DNA of 64,000 bases from Desulfurococcaceae archaeon (GCA_038888155.1 JAWAJB010000004.1:1-64000); one strand, 5' to 3'; numbered from the stretch's first letter, positions 10,921 to 19,464 are shown. A program made the numbers and translations. The notes: a model not told the origin generated them from the letters alone.

Positions 10921-11209
10921 CAAGTACGCAGTACATATATGCCAGTACACGGATGTAGAGAGGTTCTTCTCGCGGCACTACTCAACGGGCTTATCGACCT
11001 GTAGGAAATTGGGAATATATGAGCTTGAATTCCTCAAGCAGATACTGACTTTCAATGAAATAAATGCCCTTGTGCGCAACAAGGAACTGGTATTGGCTGA
11101 TCAACCCGTTGTGCAAGAATTACTTTCAAGGCTCGCCCTTAATTTAAAATATGAGGAGATTTTTGCGGAAAATCCGCATACATATATAATAATTAGCGAA
11201 AGCGCATAG
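10877..11209 (+). CDS. Hypothetical protein at the end of the hydrogenase operon (possibly HycH-like)
   Basis: Overlaps the small-subunit gene; the call rests on position and size only. Confidence 0.45.
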   Translation: MLRKKLNPRWLQLSSKYAVHICQYTDVERFFSRHYSTGLSTCRKLGIYELEFLKQILTFNEINALVRNKELVLADQPVVQELLSRLALNLKYEEIFAENPHTYIIISESA

Positions 11210-11444
11210 AGGAGCGCGCCCTATAAGTTAATGAGTAGCTATGATTCAAAGTGCTAAGATCGAAAGAGTAGCTCTAGTTCAGGGGCGCTGTAGTAAGGAA
11301 CTGTTGATGGTAGAGTGCCCTTGAGCATTCAACCGAATTTCAACGAACCCAAGGCTTTTTATATCTCTTTTCAGCAAAGCTTATTAATTCATCTCCAAAC
11401 CATTATCACTGGTGTTTCAAAACACCCGTGCAGGTGATAGCTTT

Positions 11445-12254
11445 TTGAAGGTGGCTGTCCTCGTTAAGCCAACGCCCGATATTACCAAGGTCAGGTTTGA
11501 CGTAGAGAGGGGGACTGTTGATAGATCTGGCGCTGAGCTTGAAATAAATCCATTTGACTTATATGCAGTTGAAGCAGCAGTGAAATTAAAAGAGACCTTT
11601 GGAGCAACTATTACAGCGATATCGATGGCCCCGATGCAGGGCGAAAAGGCCCTTAGGGATGCTATTGCACGAGGAGTTGATAGAGCTGTTTTGTTAACAG
11701 ACAAGAAATTCGCAGGCGCAGACACGCTATCCACTTCATACACCTTAGCCTCAGCGATTAGGAAACTCGGAGGTGCTGATCTGATTCTGTGCGGTGAAAA
11801 ATCCGTAGATGGTGACACTGCCCACATAGGACCTGAAGTGGCTGAGCACCTCGGCATTCCTCATGCATCATTTGTAACTCACATACAAGAAGTTACTGGG
11901 GAGAGTATAGTGGTTGAATCTGATTACGGCAGTGCTTACTATTCATTAGAGCTTAAACTGCCTGCAGTACTAGCAGTTTCTCGTCCTTTGTTGTTCAAAG
12001 GTAAGTTGATAGAGCCGAGAATTCCCAAGCTCAGCGACGTACTAAAAGCGAGAAGAGCTAAGATCGATCTGTGGGACGCGAATACCCTAGGAGATGTAGC
12101 AGACCCAACGAGGTTTGGACTATCAGGCTCACCTACAAGGGTCATAAAGGCCTTTTACGCCCTTGAGAAAACAAGAACTCCCGCTATTATCAAGGGGGAA
12201 GAGGCCGTTTTAGCTTTGCTTAAGATACTGCTGGAAAAAGGTGTGATTGCGTGA
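11445..12254 (+). CDS. etfB: Electron transfer flavoprotein beta subunit
   Basis: INPFD, AGADTLSTS, DGDTAHIGP and GSPT. TTG start placed after a GGTGA RBS. Confidence 0.92.
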   Translation: MKVAVLVKPTPDITKVRFDVERGTVDRSGAELEINPFDLYAVEAAVKLKETFGATITAISMAPMQGEKALRDAIARGVDRAVLLTDKKFAGADTLSTSYTLASAIRKLGGADLILCGEKSVDGDTAHIGPEVAEHLGIPHASFVTHIQEVTGESIVVESDYGSAYYSLELKLPAVLAVSRPLLFKGKLIEPRIPKLSDVLKARRAKIDLWDANTLGDVADPTRFGLSGSPTRVIKAFYALEKTRTPAIIKGEEAVLALLKILLEKGVIA

Positions 12255-13267
12255 CTTGGCGGGGTATACTGATATACGGCGAAAACTACAGCGGCGAAAT
12301 AAATCCAGCTGTTTACGAGCTACTGGGAAAGGCCTCAGAGCTAAAAACACGAATAGGCGGGAATGTATCTGTCGTTGTATTAACTCAGGATAACGAGTCA
12401 ATAATTGCAAAGGAACTAGTTGCGCATGGGGCCGATAATGTTGCAATATACCGAGTAAAAGAGAAGGAGAGACTCGCTAACTCGTTGCTCCACAGAGAAG
12501 TAGTTGTGCAGGCGATTTCCGAGCTTAAGCCAAAGCTAGTGTTAATAAGTGCAACGCCGTGGGGTAGGAGCCTAGGACCTCGGATTGCTGCTAGGCTCAA
12601 GACAGGTATTACTGCGGACTGCCTAGATATCTACATTAATGAGGCCGCCGAAATAGTACAAGTTAGGCCTGCATTCACTGGGAACATAATTGCTCATATA
12701 AAGACTACAACGGATCCCACTATAGCTACTGTTCGCCCAAAGGTATTTCAGCCAAATAAACCAGACTACAATAGAAGTGGCACTGTGGATATAAGGTCTG
12801 TTGACAGCATTGAGGTATCAGACGACACTCGCAAGATATCTGTTATAGGCTCCCCAAGGCAGAAAACAATACAGCTCTCCGAAGCCAACGTAATTATCGC
12901 TGTAGGTCGTGGATTAAAGAGCAAAGATGATATAAAGCTATTTGAAGATTTGGCTCGCGAAGTCCAAGGAGAGATAGCGTGTAGCAGGCCAATAGTTGAC
13001 TTGGGCTGGATGGATAGAGATAGACAAGTAGGGTTCAGCGGCAATATAGTTCGTCCCAAGGTATACATTGCATTCGGGATATCAGGGGCACCTCAGCATA
13101 TAGCTGGCATGAAGGACTCCGAGTTTATAGTAGCTATAAATTCTGACGAATCTGCCCCTATATCAAAATACTGCGATTTATTTGTTGTGGGCGACATGTA
13201 TAATATAGCATCGAGCTTATTATTGAAAATACGAGAAGCTAAGAGCAACGCGCGGAGAGTGGTCTAA
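12251..13267 (+). CDS. etfA: Electron transfer flavoprotein alpha subunit
   Basis: TGITADC, RPAF, GRG, QVGFSG, GISGAPQHIAGM and AINSD. Confidence 0.93.
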   Translation: MTWRGILIYGENYSGEINPAVYELLGKASELKTRIGGNVSVVVLTQDNESIIAKELVAHGADNVAIYRVKEKERLANSLLHREVVVQAISELKPKLVLISATPWGRSLGPRIAARLKTGITADCLDIYINEAAEIVQVRPAFTGNIIAHIKTTTDPTIATVRPKVFQPNKPDYNRSGTVDIRSVDSIEVSDDTRKISVIGSPRQKTIQLSEANVIIAVGRGLKSKDDIKLFEDLAREVQGEIACSRPIVDLGWMDRDRQVGFSGNIVRPKVYIAFGISGAPQHIAGMKDSEFIVAINSDESAPISKYCDLFVVGDMYNIASSLLLKIREAKSNARRVV

Positions 13268-14653
13268 TTGAGTTTACCCAAGGAATTAATAATAAGCCTC
13301 AGAGAGGCTTTAGGGGAAAAGTGGGTAGTGGATGATGAGACAGCAGTAGAGAGGTATTTGCAAGACGAAACACCTATTGGCGCTAAACCTGTCCCAAGCA
13401 AAGAGGTAGTTGTAGCTAAGCCGAGGACCACATCAGAAGTTTCCTCTGTAGTTAAGTTGGCGAACAAATACAGAGTGCCCGTATATCCTAGAGGCGGCGG
13501 AACTGGTCTTACTGGGGGATCCATCCCCCTGCAACCGGGTATTATTCTCTCGCTTGAGCGGATGGACAAAGTGAATGTAGATGCAGATAACATGGTAGCT
13601 GAGGTAGAGGCTGGAGTAACGCTCGGTAAACTGTTGGAGGAGGCTGATAAACACGGATTGATTTTCCCAGCACATCCCGGTGACGAGGGGGCATTTGTGG
13701 GTGGCCTAATAGCCTGCAACGCTGGCGGTGCAAGGGCTGTGAGAACAGGTGTAATGAGGAACTATGTATTGGGGATCGAGGTAGTGACAGGAACTGGCGA
13801 TGTTCTAAAACTTGGAGGAAAAACGATAAAGAACAACATGGGGTACAATCTCGCTCACTTATTTATAGGGAGTGAGGGCATTTTGGGAATAATAACTAAA
13901 GCTTATATCCGCTTATACCCAAAGTGGAAATATACGGCTACTGTTATTATGCCGTTCAATACTACTATCTCGGCCATTAAGACAGCTCAAAAAATCTTGT
14001 TCTCGGGGATGGTGCCTCTAGCCATGGAATACTTCGATAGACAGGTGATTGAGCTATCAGCAAAGAACCTTGGAACAACTTGGCAGGTAAGCTCAGGAGA
14101 CTACTTCCTCATGTTAATACTTGCCGAGCCCATTGAGGAGTCTATATTCTACCAAGTAGAAGCGATGAGTAAAATGGCAGAAGCCGAAGGAGGCCTAGAG
14201 CCGCTAATAGCTCAGAGAGAAGATGAGCAAAAGCATCTTCTAAAAATAAGAAGCGAGATCTTTACTGCACTGAAAGGCAAAATGTACGATTCGCTAGATA
14301 CAACTGTGCCAATAGGTGTAATCGACAAGTTTATTGATAAAATCAATGAAGTTGAGAAAAAATACCAAGTCTGGATTCCCACATATGGACACGTGGGGGA
14401 TGGCAATTTACACGTACACATTATGCGCTACCCTGGCTACAGTTCCGAGGAACTAGAGAACTTAAAGAATGAAATCTACTCGATTACAATTGAGTTGGGA
14501 GGTAACATTACAGGAGAGCATGGAATAGGTTACGCCCGTAGAAAATATGTTGAAAAAATGCTTGGGTTAACGTGGGTTGAAACAATGAAGTCGCTAAAGA
14601 AAGCATTAGACCCTAATAATATTCTGAATCCAGGAAAAGTCATTCCGGGATAG
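13268..14653 (+). CDS. FAD-binding oxidoreductase, GlcD/LctD (2-hydroxyacid dehydrogenase) family
   Basis: PRGGGTGLTGG, GSEGILGIIT, GHVGDGNLH, GEHGIG and LNPGK. Confidence 0.9.
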   Translation: MSLPKELIISLREALGEKWVVDDETAVERYLQDETPIGAKPVPSKEVVVAKPRTTSEVSSVVKLANKYRVPVYPRGGGTGLTGGSIPLQPGIILSLERMDKVNVDADNMVAEVEAGVTLGKLLEEADKHGLIFPAHPGDEGAFVGGLIACNAGGARAVRTGVMRNYVLGIEVVTGTGDVLKLGGKTIKNNMGYNLAHLFIGSEGILGIITKAYIRLYPKWKYTATVIMPFNTTISAIKTAQKILFSGMVPLAMEYFDRQVIELSAKNLGTTWQVSSGDYFLMLILAEPIEESIFYQVEAMSKMAEAEGGLEPLIAQREDEQKHLLKIRSEIFTALKGKMYDSLDTTVPIGVIDKFIDKINEVEKKYQVWIPTYGHVGDGNLHVHIMRYPGYSSEELENLKNEIYSITIELGGNITGEHGIGYARRKYVEKMLGLTWVETMKSLKKALDPNNILNPGKVIPG

Positions 14654-14691
14654 TTGCGCCAGCCATTAGACGCTTAAGCCAAGCACAGCTG

Positions 14692-14708
14692 GGAGAAATG
14701 TTTATAAG
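14692..14708 (+). promoter_or_regulatory. Promoter of the split tRNA-Asp 3' half
   Basis: GAGAAATG-TTTATAAG BRE/TATA about 25-30 nt upstream of the leader. Confidence 0.7.
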
Positions 14709-14733
14709 CTAGGTAAAAAAAAGATATGGTTTG

Positions 14734-14788
14734 GCGGGAAGGGGTGCACAGACAGCCCGTGACCCGGGTTCAAATCCCGGCGGCGGCG
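14734..14788 (+). tRNA. Split tRNA-Asp(GUC) 3' half (leader 14734-14753; mature part 14754-14788)
   Basis: A-GCCCG-UGAC-CCGGG-UUCAAAU-CCCGG-CGGCGGC-G corresponds to tRNA positions 38-73. The leader GCGGGAAGGGGUG is complementary to the trailer of the 5' half at 19410-19422, and ACAG pairs with anticodon-loop CUGU. Confidence 0.93.
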
Positions 14789-15398
14789 CACCCACTTTTA
14801 ACAAGGCTCCAAAAGTTAAGCTAATCCTGCTTTTACCCCTTCGTGCTATATCTCTAGTGGATTAGTTATTTTAATGGAATGGGTTTATTAACAACAATGT
14901 ATTGGCGTCCCTTTAATGCCGATAGGGCTTTAGACCCCAAGAGCTTAGTTTGTAAGAGAAATGGAAAGCGGCTAAGTTATGGAGATCTCGCTAAACAATC
15001 CCCTGCTACGCGGATAGCTGACGGCATTAATTTACTGAAAATTCTGCCGTTTGCAGCTCTGAATCAATTTGATGGCTAATACTAAGCGAGAATGTAAATT
15101 GTAATTTAAGGAGAATAGGGCATGTTCCTGCGGACAGATCACCTTTAAAAACTAATTTTACAATTTTACTCGCACTCTTGTTAGATAATCTTCGCGACTT
15201 TAATTGAAATCAGTTCAGTACAGCAAGAAGAATAAAGGAAGTAAACAATGCAGGCTATGAAGAGGTCGTAGAGCCGGCGAGAATAATTCATAGGTGCGAG
15301 TAGGTTAGGTACATAGCTAATGAGAGCTCATACAAATGAGTTCGCGTTAAGGCTTGCAATGACTTTATGAAGGAAAACAAACTAAATAAAAATTAATA

Positions 15399-18005
15399 TT
15401 AATGGACCAACTTCTTTTTGGTAAACAATAAGAAAGAGGCTAAAACTAGCGTTACTAGCGCTAATAGCTGAGCTAGCAAAGCGTAATCGTAATCTACTGT
15501 ACCCCCTACTGGCGGGGGCTTCGTAGTTTTTGGAGGCGTTGTTATTGGGCTTGTAACAGTTGGTGTTGTTGTAGGGGTCGGCGTGGGCGTTGGTGTGGGG
15601 GTAGGCGTAGGCGTGGGTGTTGGGCCTGAGGGAACTATTACTAATACAGGTGAAGTATCTGTATCTGATCCAGTGCTCCACGATACAATTGCCACGTTCA
15701 TTACTACTGTTCCGTTAAATATATTCTCATTAAGCAATGCTGATACCTCGAACTCAATGGTTTCGTGGGGTCCCACGCTTATCTCTGTCCAAATAACGGA
15801 GTGCGTAGTTTCATCGTACTCGCCTGCCGGCGAGCTCGAGATGTAAGTCACATTAGCAGGTAGGTAGTCCACTAGTTCGATTTCCGATAGGGCGCCCTCG
15901 GTGGGGTTTGTTAACTTTATAACAAAAGTTACCTGTTCGCCTGGAGGCGATTGTGTTGGGGATGTTTTCTCTACTTCAACATGCGGGTTAGCAAATAATT
16001 GAATTGGGTGGAAATCTGTAGAGGGACCGTATGGGTTGTTATCCTCGTCGGTCCAGTTTGAGTAAACGTTGTTCAATACTATTACACCGTCATACTCTAT
16101 GTGATCTACGATTGCTTGAACTGAAATTGTTATTGTTTCATCGGGATTCAGCGTACCTATATACCATGAAACAGTGTTAGTGGAGTTGTCATACTGATAT
16201 GTGTAGTTGGAGCTAACGAATTTGAGTCCATATGGAAGGTAATCATACAAGTAGACATTATGCGCAACACAGCCCCTGGCGTTAGTGACACTAACAATAA
16301 ATGAAACATAAGTCCCGATGTATCCTTTGCTATCTCCCGTTTTGCTTACAGTCAAAAACGGCCTCGTGCATACGCGCGTCAAAGTTGAGTCCTCAACTGG
16401 GCCGAACTCTGTTCCCTCGGCGTCTGTCCAGGTGACGCGAGCCCAATTTAAAAGGTCTGTAAACCCGTTTTCAACAGTTACGCTCATGTTAACTGTAATA
16501 GAGGCGACAAAGAGTTCGCCGGGGCCGAGCTCGCTTACTGTGAATTTTAGTACATTGTTTTCAACGAGTGGAGTAGGAGAGGCACTAATGTACGTAACTT
16601 CGTCTGGCAATTCATCCTCGATTGTAACGTTATAGGCTACACTGCCGCCAGTGTTGAGCACAGTAATAGTGTAGTTCACGATCCTGTTGGGATAAGTCAC
16701 CGTGGTGCCTGTTTTCGATATTTTGAGTAGCGGACTTGCCACTATAGTAGTCACAAAGTTATCCGTCGCTGGCCCATACAGTTGACCACTACTATCGCTC
16801 CATCTCAACTCAACGTTATCCTCTAGAGCTGTGCCATTTGGGACATCGCTTCGCACTTTTAAAATTAGCTCTATGTATGCTACAGCTCCCTTGCTCAATG
16901 TCCCCAAGCTCCACGTTATTGCGTTTTCGCTAATGCTTCCGCTTGGCACAGATGATATATACTCTACTTTGCTTAGATCTATAAAGTCCTTCACCAATAC
17001 ACTAAAGGCAGTTTCGTTGCCCACATTAGTTACTCTTATTGTATACCTAACTAAGCTGCCCGGGTAGCTAGTCGTAGGACCTACTTTCTCTACACTCAGA
17101 GCGGGTCCGGCTATTACCTTCGTTAAGAAGCTAGCTTGAGCCTCTTCAGCATTGTCCCCCCAGGCTTTTACCACATTATCTAAGTTAGTGCCTGGTAGAA
17201 GGTTAGGTGAGAGCTTGACTGTGAGGCTCACCACCGCATAGCTATTAGCGCAGATTGTTCCCAAGCTCCACTTAACTGTAGTGCTACTTACCTCGCTGGG
17301 GACAGGACCTGCACTTAGGTATTCTACGCCGGTCGGTAGAACTTCCTCGACGTAGACGTTGTCGGCTTTTACGTCGCCAGCGTTGCTCAAGGTTATAGTG
17401 TAAGTGTATATGCCTCCAGGATAGACCTCTACGGGGCCTGTTTTGAATATAGATAGCAGTGGTTTACCAGGAGAAACTTCTTGAATAACGTAGTAAAAGA
17501 AGCCCTTGAAGTACAGTCCATAAGCGCTACCTGTTTTCTTCGCGTTTTCATATATCGTTGCATGTGCCATTAAGTATATTTTGCCCCCAGTTCCAACTCC
17601 TCCGTCAATGTTGTTGAGGGGCACAATGTAGAGGTCTGAAGTAACGAGAATGGCGTGAGTTTTGCTGTACGGCCATTGCCCGGGAGCACTCCACTCAGGT
17701 TGAGCAGTTGACACATATAGGTGAGTCTCGTATATTTTGTAGCTTGGGTAGCTTTGAGAATCTATCTCGAACAAAACGTACAAGTAGTTTTCGTCATTCC
17801 ACACTTTTATAAACCCGATAGGTATATTGGTGGATCCCAGGACGAGAGGGACAACGTACAGCGCCTCCACAGAATATTCGCTAACCGTTTGTTGACTGAG
17901 TAAGGGGTTTGTATTGTTGCTCGTAGTTACTGAGTAGTTCAGTTGTACTAGAGAACAACATGTAATTAGAACAGACAGTATCATTATTATCGGGGATATG
18001 CTCAA
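15399..18005 (-). CDS. Cell-surface protein with five DUF11-like Ig repeats, Pro/Thr linker and C-terminal TM anchor
   Basis: N-terminal signal peptide; five repeats of P.L...K.G....PG..V.YTI...N.G...A..V...D.LP; (PT)n linker; hydrophobic helix followed by KKK. Confidence 0.85.
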   Translation of the reverse strand: MSISPIIMILSVLITCCSLVQLNYSVTTSNNTNPLLSQQTVSEYSVEALYVVPLVLGSTNIPIGFIKVWNDENYLYVLFEIDSQSYPSYKIYETHLYVSTAQPEWSAPGQWPYSKTHAILVTSDLYIVPLNNIDGGVGTGGKIYLMAHATIYENAKKTGSAYGLYFKGFFYYVIQEVSPGKPLLSIFKTGPVEVYPGGIYTYTITLSNAGDVKADNVYVEEVLPTGVEYLSAGPVPSEVSSTTVKWSLGTICANSYAVVSLTVKLSPNLLPGTNLDNVVKAWGDNAEEAQASFLTKVIAGPALSVEKVGPTTSYPGSLVRYTIRVTNVGNETAFSVLVKDFIDLSKVEYISSVPSGSISENAITWSLGTLSKGAVAYIELILKVRSDVPNGTALEDNVELRWSDSSGQLYGPATDNFVTTIVASPLLKISKTGTTVTYPNRIVNYTITVLNTGGSVAYNVTIEDELPDEVTYISASPTPLVENNVLKFTVSELGPGELFVASITVNMSVTVENGFTDLLNWARVTWTDAEGTEFGPVEDSTLTRVCTRPFLTVSKTGDSKGYIGTYVSFIVSVTNARGCVAHNVYLYDYLPYGLKFVSSNYTYQYDNSTNTVSWYIGTLNPDETITISVQAIVDHIEYDGVIVLNNVYSNWTDEDNNPYGPSTDFHPIQLFANPHVEVEKTSPTQSPPGEQVTFVIKLTNPTEGALSEIELVDYLPANVTYISSSPAGEYDETTHSVIWTEISVGPHETIEFEVSALLNENIFNGTVVMNVAIVSWSTGSDTDTSPVLVIVPSGPTPTPTPTPTPTPTPTPTTTPTVTSPITTPPKTTKPPPVGGTVDYDYALLAQLLALVTLVLASFLLFTKKKLVH
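15571..15624 (-). repeat. Hexamer-periodic repeat encoding the (Pro-Thr)n linker
   Basis: The plus strand reads GTAGGG/GTCGGC/GTGGGC/GTTGGT..., which translates as PTPTPT on the minus strand. Confidence 0.85.
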
Positions 18006-18119
18006 CTAGGTTCACCATAAAAATAAATTTAGATCTAGATTTAAAAACCACGTTAACCTGGTAGTTTTTACGAATTAGTTGAGCTAGATAATAAATCAAG
18101 TTTACTCTCATATTATCTG

Positions 18120-18881
18120 GTGATAGGTTTGCGAAGAGAGCTAGTTTTGGCGCTCCTGTTCTTAGTTGTAACTGTTTCTACGTACTTAATTAGGTTTAAT
18201 CAACCGATGAACGCGCCAGGTAATCAAGTGACTTTGACTGACAGAAACGCCTTTAGGCGGGCTGTATTGTTCGACGGATTACAGGAACTAACCCCTACTA
18301 GCGTATTTGTTCAGGAAGCCACGAACTTACTCGAGAGATCGGGGTTCTCCGTTGATTTTTGGGGAGGCGAGAACGTTACCGTGGAACTGCTTTTGAACCT
18401 AGAATACTACGACATTATCTTGCTGAGGCTCCACAGCGCAATTGCAAGCAATGGTGTATTATACATTTTCACAGGAGAGCTCTACGAGGGGGAAAAATAT
18501 TTAGTTCTGAGATCATCAGGCATTGTAGCTAGAGGTGTAGTAGCCTACATGAATAAAACCTATTTTGCACTCAACTCACATTACTTGGGTAAAAATGCTC
18601 AAACCAACTTAACAGGATCAATTGTTATATTGATGGGCTGCAAAGGCGCCAACGATCACGAGTTCGTGAAGAGCATCCTAGGTAGAGGGGCAAAAGCGTA
18701 CATTGCATGGGATGGAAACGTTAGCATAGAGCACTCCGACGTGGTGACACTAGAGCTTTTAAAGGCCCTAATTGAAGGGGGGTCGAACCCCATCGATGCT
18801 GTTAATAGAGTTATGAACGAGCTGGGACCAGATCCGCACTACGGTTCATCTCTTCAATGTTTCACACAAGTCTCAACATAG
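18120..18881 (+). CDS. Membrane-anchored/secreted protein, possible caspase-hemoglobinase (clan CD) fold peptidase
   Basis: N-terminal hydrophobic segment. YDIILLRLHS and IVILMGC resemble the His and Cys strand ends of CHAT/gingipain-like domains. Confidence 0.55.
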   Translation: MIGLRRELVLALLFLVVTVSTYLIRFNQPMNAPGNQVTLTDRNAFRRAVLFDGLQELTPTSVFVQEATNLLERSGFSVDFWGGENVTVELLLNLEYYDIILLRLHSAIASNGVLYIFTGELYEGEKYLVLRSSGIVARGVVAYMNKTYFALNSHYLGKNAQTNLTGSIVILMGCKGANDHEFVKSILGRGAKAYIAWDGNVSIEHSDVVTLELLKALIEGGSNPIDAVNRVMNELGPDPHYGSSLQCFTQVST

Positions 18882-19409
18882 CTACTTGTTAAGTGTAGCT
18901 CTCTCAACGACCTCTTATAGATTTAGGGGCAATATACATTCATGTGCCATTAAATATTGACTGCACCTTTACAGTGTTTTTGGACTAAATTTTGAACGCT
19001 ACCTCGTGATGAAACGTAAATTAATATCTCTTCACTTTGAGCATATAATAAATTGATGTATACTTTCGCACTTCTCTGCCATCTCGTTCAAGGATAATCA
19101 TGGCCTTCGGAGAAGACCTTTATCTGGCTGTTTTATATGCATAAATTATTGAGTGGTGTCGCTTGGGAGTAAACTTTAAGGAGAGATAGGGGTTTAAAGG
19201 TTTGCGCAAGTGGTCAATATATCACCCAAAAATCAATTACAGAGACTTTGAAAGTCTTTGAACCTTATTGGGGGTAGGGCTAAGCTCATTGGGTAGAAGG
19301 CGTGTAAAAATGTCTCTCTTAAGTGTTGCATTAATAATTTAGAGGCGCGCACAAGAATTCTCAAGGAAAACCTCTGTTGCATGTAATGCTAAAAGTTGTA
19401 AAGGAGAGT

Positions 19410-19464
19410 GCGGGAAGAGGTGTTCGACAGGCCCGCATACTCAACCGGGCTATACTACGGCGGC
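19410..19464 (-). tRNA. Split tRNA-Asp(GUC) 5' half (mature part 19464-19425; trailer 19424-19410)
   Basis: GCCGCCG-UA-GUAUAGCCCGGUUGAGUAUG-CGGGC-CUGUCG followed by AACACCUCUUCCCGC. The acceptor strand GCCGCCG pairs with CGGCGGC of the 3' half. TATA TTTTAAAAG lies about 30 nt upstream. Confidence 0.93.

Noticed and set aside
14754-14788. tRNA 3' fragment as an att site of an integrated element
   Set aside because: It has its own promoter and a leader complementary to the 5' half trailer. No duplicate tRNA end and no integrase are present.
14879-15079. 66-aa ORF in the island flank
   Set aside because: No recognisable motif or RBS, so it cannot be supported.
15127-15145. CCTGCGGACAGATCACCTT, resembling the 16S 3' end
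   Set aside because: The match is short with several mismatches and has no surrounding rRNA context; probably chance.
15583-15846. GVGVGV-repeat ORF on the + strand
   Set aside because: It is the antisense shadow of the Pro-Thr linker.
19005-19060. GTGATGA as a possible box C
   Set aside because: No properly spaced D', C' or D boxes follow.
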